This document shows positions 19,400-27,415 of a stretch of DNA of 63,365 bases, piece by piece. The notes beneath the pieces are model-generated. The model did no database searches and was not told the origin of the DNA. It saw nothing but the letters and a program-made list of their open reading frames with translations. Made by a program: the position numbers and the translations under genes. Positions within the stretch are counted from its first letter, which is position 1, and the number at the start of each line of letters is the position of its first letter. The DNA lies in contig CAYTOI010000005.1 of assembly GCA_964439805.1 (NCBI GenBank), positions 1 to 63,365 of the forward strand, in the 5' to 3' direction. This stretch comes from an uncultured Pseudomonadales bacterium (lineage in GTDB: Bacteria; Patescibacteriota; Microgenomatia; UBA1400; MFAQ01).

Positions 19400-19413
19400 C
19401 AGAAAAGGCAAGT

Positions 19414-21009
19414 CTAGGCGTTTTCGCCGTGCTGGCCTAGCTGTTTGGGAGAGAAGTCCATCATGTGGCCAAGGAATCTCCAACCTGCCATAAAGAGGAA
19501 TTTGATGTCGTCTATACTCCTTATCTCCTTTATCTTCCTAATTATGAATTTTGGACCCAGAAAGGATTTGTACAAGTCTTGAGTGAGCTCTAGGACCTGC
19601 TTTTCTGTCAACGAGCTTTTCATGACTGGTTTGCGCATGTCGTAGTCATCGTAATCCTCTGAGAGTAGCCAGCCTTTTTCTTTGCATTCTTTCCAGAGTG
19701 GAGTTCCTGGGTAAGGAATAACCACTGTGGCCTGGAGAGTGTCAACATAACCTTTTTTAAAGCAGTTTTTTGCGAGGTTTACTGTATTTCTGGCATCTTC
19801 GTAGGTTTCCCATGGGTAGCCCATCATAATAGTAAGGTGAGGATCAAGGCCTCCTTTTTTAGCCATTCTGACACCTTCTTCAATTTGTTCTACCTTTAAG
19901 CCTTTATCTAGGTGATCCAAGGTGTATTGATTGGCTGACTCCATGCCGTAGAGAATAAAGCGGAAGTTGGCTTTGCCCATGAGATTATATTGATCTTGCT
20001 TGAGAGCATTAAGACGCATGTTGCAACCAAAGACGACTTTTTTACTGTACCCTGATTCAATCATCATGTTACAAAAATCAGTAAGAGGTTTGCCGATCAT
20101 AAAAGTACCCGCATCATCGAAGATTTCTTTGACATGATACTTGTCTACAACGTGTTTTACTTCATCAAATAATCTCTGTGGTGAAAATCTTCTGTATGAA
20201 CCTATAGGGTTAATGGTATGGTCCCAAACGCAGAAAGTGCATCTGTTCCACCAGCAGTCTCTACCAGAATACATATATGTTGCTGGAGTGTATTTGTAGT
20301 TGCCGTTGTAGACGCTGTAGAGTTCCCACCTTGTAAGTTCTCTATCGACAAAAGGAAGATCGTTAAGGTTGTGAGCTATACTGGGCTTGCCTGAATTGCA
20401 AAGTTTTAATTTATTTTTGACTGTTACTGTTTCTGCGGGCTTGTCTGCAATTCTTTTGTCGCCTTGTTTCCACCAGATGCCGCCTTCGAGTTTTTCGCCT
20501 TTGGTTAAATGATTCAAAAGATTTACTATGACAAAGTCATAATCCCCTCCGGTAATGAGAAAATCTACTTTTGAGTTCTCAAACATTTCTGAGGGCATAA
20601 AAGTGACATGGTCTCCTACCCAAACAGTGATTAATTTAGGAAGTTCTTTTTTTAGTTTGTTTATTAGTTTCCAGTGTTTTTTTACTATTGGAGACTTGGT
20701 CTCTACCATTAGAACGTCTGGCTTGAACTTTTTGAACTCTGCTAGCCACTCATCAAAAGTTTGCTCCTCTGCTATTCCGTCCATCCACTTTACTGAGTAG
20801 CCATTTGCTTGGGCGTTTGAGGCTGCATAAGCAGGGACCATGGGGTAGATGTAGGTTTTGGCGTTGAAGTATTGGAACTGTCTGTTTTGGGAAAGGAGCA
20901 TGACGCCTTTATCAGAAGGCATTGGGGGGTAGCCGACAACTAGGCGGAGGGCATTAGATTTCAGATCTCGGTTAACAGATCTCAGTTTTTTCTTTTTGTT
21001 TTTAATCAT
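19414..21009 (-). CDS. B12-binding-domain radical SAM enzyme (class B-like)
   Basis: 531 aa. The N-terminal flavodoxin-like segment 'DVLMVETKSPIVKKHWKLINKLKK..VWVGDHVTFMP' resembles a cobalamin-binding domain. The cluster motif 'GRDCWWNRCTFCVW' has CX4CX2C spacing as read. Downstream lies a TIM-barrel-like region 'RFILYGMESANQ'. Confidence 0.8.
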   Translation of the reverse strand: MIKNKKKKLRSVNRDLKSNALRLVVGYPPMPSDKGVMLLSQNRQFQYFNAKTYIYPMVPAYAASNAQANGYSVKWMDGIAEEQTFDEWLAEFKKFKPDVLMVETKSPIVKKHWKLINKLKKELPKLITVWVGDHVTFMPSEMFENSKVDFLITGGDYDFVIVNLLNHLTKGEKLEGGIWWKQGDKRIADKPAETVTVKNKLKLCNSGKPSIAHNLNDLPFVDRELTRWELYSVYNGNYKYTPATYMYSGRDCWWNRCTFCVWDHTINPIGSYRRFSPQRLFDEVKHVVDKYHVKEIFDDAGTFMIGKPLTDFCNMMIESGYSKKVVFGCNMRLNALKQDQYNLMGKANFRFILYGMESANQYTLDHLDKGLKVEQIEEGVRMAKKGGLDPHLTIMMGYPWETYEDARNTVNLAKNCFKKGYVDTLQATVVIPYPGTPLWKECKEKGWLLSEDYDDYDMRKPVMKSSLTEKQVLELTQDLYKSFLGPKFIIRKIKEIRSIDDIKFLFMAGWRFLGHMMDFSPKQLGQHGENA

Positions 21010-21029
21010 TTAAGGTATTTATTTGATGG

Positions 21030-21049
21030 ATTCCTGCCTTCGCAGGAAT
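21030..21049. repeat. Perfect 8-bp hairpin (ATTCCTGC-CTTC-GCAGGAAT) of a GC-rich palindromic element between the ferredoxin and radical SAM genes
   Basis: Read directly: 21030..21037 pairs with 21042..21049. The flanks are GG...GACGGG. No T-tract follows on the transcribed (minus) strand. Confidence 0.6.
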
Positions 21050-21072
21050 GACGGGAAATGTATTAATAAAAA

Positions 21073-21342
21073 TTATGGAAAGATTTGATCGCCTGCTTGG
21101 TTTTTGATAGCTATAGCAAGTATTGGGCAACAGCGGGCTGCTTCGAGAACCATATCTAAGGTATCACCATCCGGATTGCTTATTATCGCTTTACCATCTT
21201 CGGCGCGGATTTCAAAAACTCCTGGGGCAGCTATGGCACAAGGTCCGGCTGCAATACATTTATTTAGATCCACAATTATGGTGTGGCCGTCGGATCTTTT
21301 GCCGGTGGAAAAGTTTTCGTCGGTAGTTACATTTTGGTTCAT
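21073..21342 (-). CDS. Small single-cluster ferredoxin, [3Fe-4S]-type ligand pattern
   Basis: 89 aa. 'DLNKCIAAGPCAIAAPGVFEI' is a CxxAxxC pattern, with Ala where a 4Fe ferredoxin has its second Cys. The distal ligand region is 'ARCCPILAIAI'. ATGA-type overlap with the upstream GT2. Confidence 0.8.
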   Translation of the reverse strand: MNQNVTTDENFSTGKRSDGHTIIVDLNKCIAAGPCAIAAPGVFEIRAEDGKAIISNPDGDTLDMVLEAARCCPILAIAIKNQAGDQIFP

Positions 21343-22373
21343 TGTTTTAGTTTATCAGTAAATAATAATCCTTGTAAAAAGCGAACTCCATACCAGAGAT
21401 GTGTAACAAAGATGACGGGAACAGACAAAAGAGATTGAGTCATTTTTTTTGAAAAGGTAAGAATCCAGATGGAGTTGAGGAAGAGGAGAATAAAATAAAC
21501 AGCTAGAGGGCTGAAAATTACAATCTTAATGGCGGGGATTGCTTCAGTTCCACTAATGCGGAAATTCGCAATGACGAGCGAAACCAACAAAGCCATATAT
21601 ATCAAGAAAAATGATGGGAGAAAGTAGATAAGTCTGTGAGAGGTTTTTGGTAGGACTTTTGCAAAAAAACCTCTGTGTAACCCAAAGTTTCCGTTTTGCC
21701 GCAGATGTGGCCTGAGGACTGGACGTCGGTGGTGGTAGACCAACACTTTGGGATCATAAATTATTTTTTGGTTTGTTTTGCTTACCAAATCCAAACAGAG
21801 TTTGGTGTCTTCCCCAGGCCAATAATTTGAGTCATACCCACCTACTTCCAAAAACTCTTTTCTTCGTACAGCCAAATTCATTGAAGGATAATCTTCAACA
21901 AATCTTTTTTTTCTAGGTAAAAATCTATAAAGATATGTCCCCGAACCAAAAGGGGAAGCTGAAGCCCAACCACTTGCTTCTTCTATTATTGAAACATTTG
22001 GAGGGGTGACTCCTGGACCACCAACTCCCACAATATTTTTACCTTCAAAATTTTTAACTATGTTTTTCAGCCAATCTTTGTGAGGATAGGCATCATCATC
22101 GATAAACGCAAGGACCTCCCCTTTTGCCATTTTGGCACCATCGTCTCTTTTTTCGGCTGGGCCAACATACTTTCCGTAGTGTTTTTTGCTGAGCTTAGGG
22201 TAACTTAAATTATTTTTGTAATCAGTTATCAAAATTATTTCGTAGTTTTTGAAACTTTGCTTTTGAATTGCATCGAGACACTCTACCAAATATGGGTTAT
22301 TTTCTTTGTAGTCGATGATGATGATGGAGACTGTGGGGTGTGATTGGCGTTTGGTGCGAGGTTCTAAGTTCAT
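21339..22373 (-). CDS. GT2 glycosyltransferase with a C-terminal multi-TM region
   Basis: 344 aa. 'VSIIIIDYKENNPYLVECLDAIQKQ' and 'FIDDDAY', with 3-4 hydrophobic segments after about residue 235. Confidence 0.8.
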   Translation of the reverse strand: MNLEPRTKRQSHPTVSIIIIDYKENNPYLVECLDAIQKQSFKNYEIILITDYKNNLSYPKLSKKHYGKYVGPAEKRDDGAKMAKGEVLAFIDDDAYPHKDWLKNIVKNFEGKNIVGVGGPGVTPPNVSIIEEASGWASASPFGSGTYLYRFLPRKKRFVEDYPSMNLAVRRKEFLEVGGYDSNYWPGEDTKLCLDLVSKTNQKIIYDPKVLVYHHRRPVLRPHLRQNGNFGLHRGFFAKVLPKTSHRLIYFLPSFFLIYMALLVSLVIANFRISGTEAIPAIKIVIFSPLAVYFILLFLNSIWILTFSKKMTQSLLSVPVIFVTHLWYGVRFLQGLLFTDKLKQ

Positions 22374-22378
22374 GGAAG

Positions 22379-23173
22379 TTATTTATAGCGTGGTTTGAGA
22401 TTAGGGTCACCCTGCCAGCGGTCTTTGTAGTCATTGTCGTAGTAATGGAGAACGTAAATGCGATAAAGAATGGCGAGGTAGTCTTTGGCGAAATTTTCTA
22501 CCGCTTTTACCCCTACATTACTAGAGAAGTTGTGAACTATCTCTACTGGTGACTCATAAATTCTGGTGTACCCAAGCCTGTTAGCAACAGCCAACATCTC
22601 CAAGTCAAAAGCCCAGCGCTTCACCATAAGCCGCGGTAATATTTTTACAAGAACTTCTCGTCGAAAAACCTTAAGCCCTGTCTGAGTATCAGAAACGTTT
22701 AGACCAAAAAAGAATCTAGTCATTCTTTGTACTATATATGAGAGAATTTTTCGCTGCCAGGGATAGTCTACCCTGCTAGCATGATGTCTTTTGCTTCCCA
22801 CAATAATATCTGCCTTGTACCACTTCATGTGCTCCAAGGCGAGCCCGAGTCCACTAGCATGCAAATCTCCACCTGCGTCGATAAAAGCAATTATTCCGCC
22901 CTTTGCTCTGGCCATGCCGTAACGTATAGCGTAACCCTTGCCTTTGTTGTGTTTATAAAAACAGATTTTTATATTGTTTGCCTTGGTTTTTTTGGCCCTA
23001 AAATAAGTTTTGTCCTTTTTGTCTATCAGCCCATCCACTACACAAATCACTTCCCAAGGTCTATTGAGAGCGTTTAAATAATTTACCAAGACACTTATAT
23101 CGCTATGAATAGATTTGCAGTTGAAAGCAGGAACAATGACCGAAAGCAGTCTTTGGTCGTGTTTAGGTCTCAT
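22379..23173 (-). CDS. GT2, DPM1/ALG5-like polyprenyl-phosphate glycosyltransferase
   Basis: 264 aa. Motifs: 'LSVIVPAFN', 'ICVVDG', 'KGKGYAIRYG', 'FIDAGGDL', 'VSDTQTGLKVF' (compare the DTQCGFK-type motif of Dol-P-sugar synthases). Confidence 0.7.
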   Translation of the reverse strand: MRPKHDQRLLSVIVPAFNCKSIHSDISVLVNYLNALNRPWEVICVVDGLIDKKDKTYFRAKKTKANNIKICFYKHNKGKGYAIRYGMARAKGGIIAFIDAGGDLHASGLGLALEHMKWYKADIIVGSKRHHASRVDYPWQRKILSYIVQRMTRFFFGLNVSDTQTGLKVFRREVLVKILPRLMVKRWAFDLEMLAVANRLGYTRIYESPVEIVHNFSSNVGVKAVENFAKDYLAILYRIYVLHYYDNDYKDRWQGDPNLKPRYK

Positions 23174-24434
23174 GGGTGAATTTTAACCTACTCTTAAAGG
23201 GATACAAGAGGAAAACCACCAATGAGAGGAATAAGCCTAAATAGATGAATAGATTTATGGTCACTAAAGTTGCAATCGTGTTACCAAATTTATACAAGAC
23301 AAATGGCTGAACCACTGCTGCCGCCAAAAGCAAGTAATTGGCATTTTCTCTATTTGTAGCCATTAAGAATGATAATAGATACTGAGAAAGTGCAAACAAA
23401 ACCATAGAGTAAGCAAACAAAGGTAATAAGGGACTAATTTCCAAATACTGAGATCCTGAAAGAAGAGAAATAATTGTTTTTGGAATAAGAGTAAAGACTA
23501 GTGAGCCCAAAAATCCAAGAACAGTTATTCCCATGCCAAGCTTAAAAAATATTGAACGAGAACTGATTTTTTTGGCGAAGCGTATAGAAACGGTGGGAAG
23601 AACTAAACTAATAATTGGGGTGAGACCAAAGAGAATCATACGGCCTAAGATGGACAATGAGGAATACAGACCCGAAATGTGAGTGTCAAAAACAATTCTT
23701 ACCACCAGAATGTCGACAGACATAAGTGTCATTGTGCCAAGACTATATATAAAGGAGAAAAACGTAAAATTTTTGAGAGAGAACTTTTCCTTACCTGTAG
23801 GAATTTCCTTTGGATATATAGAGTCTTTGATGTAGTAAAGCGTAATAATTGTAATGGCTAAACCTGTGATTATTTGGCCGAGCACCGCTCCGGAAGCACC
23901 CAGCCCCATCTTTATGAAGATTACTGAAATCCCAATGGTAAAAACAACACTGACAAAACCAAGAACGGTTTGCACCAAAAACTTTTGAAAGCCAGCCAAG
24001 AAAGAACTAACTATAGTTTGGAACAGAGAAATAAAGGTGCTAATGCCTAGAACAATAAAGGCCAAAGGGTGCGCCTTGAAGAGCGAGGCTAGCGGCGTGC
24101 TAAAAATAATCAGTATCATTCCAACAATTAAGCCGAGCGGTGCAGTCTTATTTAATAAATAGTAAAAAAAGATGTTAATTGAACGCTCGTCTCCCTTACC
24201 CTTAAAATCAGCAATAAACTTGGTAACTAAACTACCAATGGTTCCCGTAGGGATGGCCAAAATATACATTAGAGAAAGATAAGAGAGAAACTCGCCATAC
24301 TCTGGAGGAGTAAGCAAGCGGAGAAGAACAAGGTGAAACAGATAACGAAAGAAATTAAGGGTAAAGTTGCCTATATAATACAAAAGACTTTCTCTAAACT
24401 TGGCCGTGTTAAGCTTTTGAAGTTTTTTGTACAT
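23163..24434 (-). CDS. MOP-superfamily oligosaccharide flippase (Wzx-like)
   Basis: 423 aa with about 12 TM segments. The N-terminus 'FRESLLYYIGNFTLNFFRYLFHLVLLRLLTPPEYGEF' is typical of the polysaccharide-biosynthesis-protein family. Confidence 0.75.
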   Translation of the reverse strand: MYKKLQKLNTAKFRESLLYYIGNFTLNFFRYLFHLVLLRLLTPPEYGEFLSYLSLMYILAIPTGTIGSLVTKFIADFKGKGDERSINIFFYYLLNKTAPLGLIVGMILIIFSTPLASLFKAHPLAFIVLGISTFISLFQTIVSSFLAGFQKFLVQTVLGFVSVVFTIGISVIFIKMGLGASGAVLGQIITGLAITIITLYYIKDSIYPKEIPTGKEKFSLKNFTFFSFIYSLGTMTLMSVDILVVRIVFDTHISGLYSSLSILGRMILFGLTPIISLVLPTVSIRFAKKISSRSIFFKLGMGITVLGFLGSLVFTLIPKTIISLLSGSQYLEISPLLPLFAYSMVLFALSQYLLSFLMATNRENANYLLLAAAVVQPFVLYKFGNTIATLVTINLFIYLGLFLSLVVFLLYPFKSRLKFTHET

Positions 24435-24435
24435 G

Positions 24436-25503
24436 TTAGCCGACGAAGATGCCGCGAACGAAGAAGCTTAAGTTTATAAAAAGCAAGAAGTAAGAAGTGA
24501 GGTAATATAGCTTTTGGAAATAGGGATGCTGGCGCTCTAGCCAATCACCCAAGAAAAAGAAGATGGGGAAAACTACCAATAAGTATCTGGGCATACTGAC
24601 AAAGTCACCTGAAAGAGTGGGGACAAAAAAGGCGAGAAAGAAATAGACCCAATATGAAGGGCGAAGTTTTTTGTAGGTAATAAACAAGAGATAAATGGCA
24701 AATAAACTAATAATGCTTTCGGTCAAAACTATCATAAAAAGAGCCGTGTCGTGATCCATAAGAAGTAACATTTTCAGATAGCGGAAGATTACTTGATGTA
24801 GAAAAATAAATTTGTTTGGTAAAGAGTCATAAAATCTTTGAAGATTACTATCATTTATCTGCAAAAAATTTAAATAATAAAATGCGCCAACAGGTGGAAG
24901 CAAAAGGTAAAGGGTGTTGAGACTAAAGAAGTTTTTTAGATTTTCTTTGTTTTCTTGGTAGAACTCTACTAGCAATACTACCCAGAGAATTAAACCTGCT
25001 AGCCGAGTATAACTAGCGAGTGCAGCAGCCAAACCAGAGAATAAATATTGTTTTTTGCGAGACAGAAAAACTGAAGTAAGACAGAGAAATAGAAATAGGG
25101 ACTCTGAATAAGACGACACCAGATAAAAGGAGGCAGGAAAACAGAGAAGTAAAACCACAGCTCTTTTGACTGAGTCTTTTGGATAGTCTAACAAAGCTAG
25201 TTTTTGGAAGAGATACAAGCTAGCAAAAGCAAAAAGGTGGGATAGAAAAAGGCTAGAACCTAAGTAACCAATAGCTGGCGCAAAGAATTTTATGAGCGTA
25301 GGGTAAAGAGGAAAAAGTAGGTAACTGTAATATGTATTGGGAGTTCCGTAGCCCTCCTTGGCGATATCTATAAACTTGATTCCATCAAAATTACTAAAGA
25401 CACTGAAGCTCTTGGCCAAAGGTACTGAAAACAAAACAACTAAAAGTAGCAACACTCTCCAATTAATAAAACTAATTAAGAGAGAATTAAGAGTTTTTTT
25501 CAT
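24436..25503 (-). CDS. PIG-V/GT76-like GT-C mannosyltransferase-type membrane protein
   Basis: 355 aa polytopic protein. 'SNFDGIKFIDIAKEGYG...YSYLLFPLYPTLIKF' matches by eye the (W/F)D..Y..IA..GY ... FPLYP signature of the PIG-V family. Confidence 0.6.
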   Translation of the reverse strand: MKKTLNSLLISFINWRVLLLLVVLFSVPLAKSFSVFSNFDGIKFIDIAKEGYGTPNTYYSYLLFPLYPTLIKFFAPAIGYLGSSLFLSHLFAFASLYLFQKLALLDYPKDSVKRAVVLLLCFPASFYLVSSYSESLFLFLCLTSVFLSRKKQYLFSGLAAALASYTRLAGLILWVVLLVEFYQENKENLKNFFSLNTLYLLLPPVGAFYYLNFLQINDSNLQRFYDSLPNKFIFLHQVIFRYLKMLLLMDHDTALFMIVLTESIISLFAIYLLFITYKKLRPSYWVYFFLAFFVPTLSGDFVSMPRYLLVVFPIFFFLGDWLERQHPYFQKLYYLTSYFLLFINLSFFVRGIFVG

Positions 25504-26509
25504 TAATTTTTTTGTAAACCTCGTAAGTCAACTCAGCGGTTTTTTTCCAGGTAAAGAATTTACTTCTTTGCTTATTTATTTCAATATATTTTTCTTTGGC
25601 TGATCCTTTTAGAGCTATCACTTTTTTAATTGCCTTCTCCATAGACTTTAAACTTCGAGGGTTAAAAACAATAGTTTCTGGATGGTAAACTTCTGGAAGA
25701 CTAGATGTTTTTGAACTGGCAATGGGGCAGCCTGTGGTCATAGCTTCTAGAAGAGGTATACCAAAGCCCTCGTAGAATGAAGCCTGAACATAGGCGGTGG
25801 CTAGCCTGAGCATAATATTTAAATCTTCATTGGGAACTTTAGGTCGCAGGATGTGCTGATAGACCTCTAGCCTCACCATGTCTATTAGCTCTGGTGGCAC
25901 CGGCTTAATTATTTGCTGGTTCATTCCCCCACCAACAATAACCAAGGGGATATTCAATCTTTCGGTAACTTCTGCCAAACTAGGAAGATTTTTATTTGGA
26001 TTTGGTCCTCCAGCGACAGTTAAGATAAACTTGTCTGGTAAATTGTATTTTTTCTTGATGTCAGACTTTTGCTTTTCTGTGACATTTGATTTGTATAGCT
26101 CATTGACCGCCAACGGAGTGACAAAAATTTTCTCTTCTGGAAACCAAAGATATTTTTGGATGTCTTTTTTGGAATTTTCGGAATCGGTAATAACTGCCGA
26201 AACTTTTTTGAGACTGAGCCATTGTCGAAGTAAACCAAAACTAGTGAGAATTCCCTTTGGGTACCTATCGGCCATTACCAGTGGAGTGACGTCGTGAATG
26301 GTAACTATGGTTTTGCTATTTGGAACTACCTTGAGAGTAGGGTAAAAAAGATCGAAGTAGGGATAGTGGACTATATCTGCATTTTTTGAAACTAGAGAAA
26401 GTCCTTTGATTTTTTTGAGACTAGAAATCAGGTTTTCGGCATACACACCAATTCCCCTTCCGGTGGAGTGATTGTCTTGAATAAACTGAACTTTGAGAGG
26501 GTTTGCCAT
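25487..26509 (-). CDS. GT4 (group 1) glycosyltransferase
   Basis: 340 aa. 'YVQASFYEGFGIPLLEAMTTGCPIASS' is a canonical E-x7-E region. Confidence 0.85.
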   Translation of the reverse strand: MANPLKVQFIQDNHSTGRGIGVYAENLISSLKKIKGLSLVSKNADIVHYPYFDLFYPTLKVVPNSKTIVTIHDVTPLVMADRYPKGILTSFGLLRQWLSLKKVSAVITDSENSKKDIQKYLWFPEEKIFVTPLAVNELYKSNVTEKQKSDIKKKYNLPDKFILTVAGGPNPNKNLPSLAEVTERLNIPLVIVGGGMNQQIIKPVPPELIDMVRLEVYQHILRPKVPNEDLNIMLRLATAYVQASFYEGFGIPLLEAMTTGCPIASSKTSSLPEVYHPETIVFNPRSLKSMEKAIKKVIALKGSAKEKYIEINKQRSKFFTWKKTAELTYEVYKKINEKNS

Positions 26510-26533
26510 TCTTTGAAATTATATCTCTTTTTA

Positions 26534-27415
26534 CTACTTGAGAGCGAGGTCTTCCTTTTTGAGATTTTCCCAGAGTTTCATATAGGCAAAGGCGAAATGA
26601 AGACCTGAGTACAGAGAAAAGACAAAACCTGCGAATCCGTCCAGAAAGCCACGATAGCGGAAATATAATCGACAAAAAGTGGAGAGGGGCAAAAAGACCA
26701 GATACTTAAAAGAATTTAGAAAATTTATATTTACTCTATTGTATTGTAACTCTTTGGCGGTAAGGCTGGAGTAACGATCTTCTCTTAGCAAGTACCTGGC
26801 AAAATTGGGTGAGGCGAAGTGCTCTAGGTCTTCTCTTAACCAACCAGTGACTCCCTTTACTTCCATTTGCTCGTGAACACTAATGCAAGGCAGAAAAGCT
26901 TTGCCGTTTTTGAAAAGTCTTATTACTGGGTCTGGGTACTGACCAGTGTGCTTGAGGTATCTACCTAGGAAATAATTTTTTCTGGGTAGCCAATAGGCTT
27001 CGGCGGAACTGCTAAGTTTTTTTGGTTCGGGAAATATTTTTATTATTTTATTTATAGAGAGTTTAAGCGGTGAGATCCAGCTGGTGTAGCCGAAATATTT
27101 TCCCTCCAACAAACTAACTATTTCGTCTTTTTGTTCTGGACTTACTCTTTCGTCAGCATCTAACTGCAAAATCCAGTCGCTTTTGGCTGCGTCGTTTCCT
27201 ATTTGCTTTTGAACGTGGAAGATAGGGTTATTTTCTCTGAGGAGGACTTTGGCTCCGAATTTTTTGGCAATTTCTACAGTTTTGTCTATAGAATGGCCGT
27301 CAACTATAATTATTTCGTCTACCCAGCCTGATACTGATTCTAGGCAGTCTACCAAAACAGACTCTTCGTTGAAGGTGGCTAAGGTGACGGAAATTGTTTG
27401 GCGCTTATTTTGCAT
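26534..27415 (-). CDS. GT2 glycosyltransferase (WaaE/KdtX-like subgroup)
   Basis: 293 aa. Motifs: 'ISVTLATFNEESVLVDCLESV', 'IIIVDGHSIDKT', 'QLDADE', and the C-terminal amphipathic 'RGFLDGFAGFVFSLYSGLH'. Confidence 0.8.
   Translation of the reverse strand: MQNKRQTISVTLATFNEESVLVDCLESVSGWVDEIIIVDGHSIDKTVEIAKKFGAKVLLRENNPIFHVQKQIGNDAAKSDWILQLDADERVSPEQKDEIVSLLEGKYFGYTSWISPLKLSINKIIKIFPEPKKLSSSAEAYWLPRKNYFLGRYLKHTGQYPDPVIRLFKNGKAFLPCISVHEQMEVKGVTGWLREDLEHFASPNFARYLLREDRYSSLTAKELQYNRVNINFLNSFKYLVFLPLSTFCRLYFRYRGFLDGFAGFVFSLYSGLHFAFAYMKLWENLKKEDLALK

Noticed and set aside
19377-19400. Inverted repeat GTGCTA...TAGCAC (12-nt loop) after the radical SAM stop, considered as an intrinsic terminator.
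   Set aside because: The stem is only 6 bp and AT-containing, the loop is large, and no U-tract follows on the transcribed strand. The same bases form the TGCTAAAAT -10-like box, which seems the better reading. It could still act weakly.
21104-21361. Two plus-strand ORFs (85 and 67 aa) antisense to the ferredoxin gene.
   Set aside because: The minus-strand ORF has a clean ferredoxin Cys pattern (CxxAxxC...CP) and is coupled to its neighbours. The antisense frames are open only because this short stretch is locally GC-rich.
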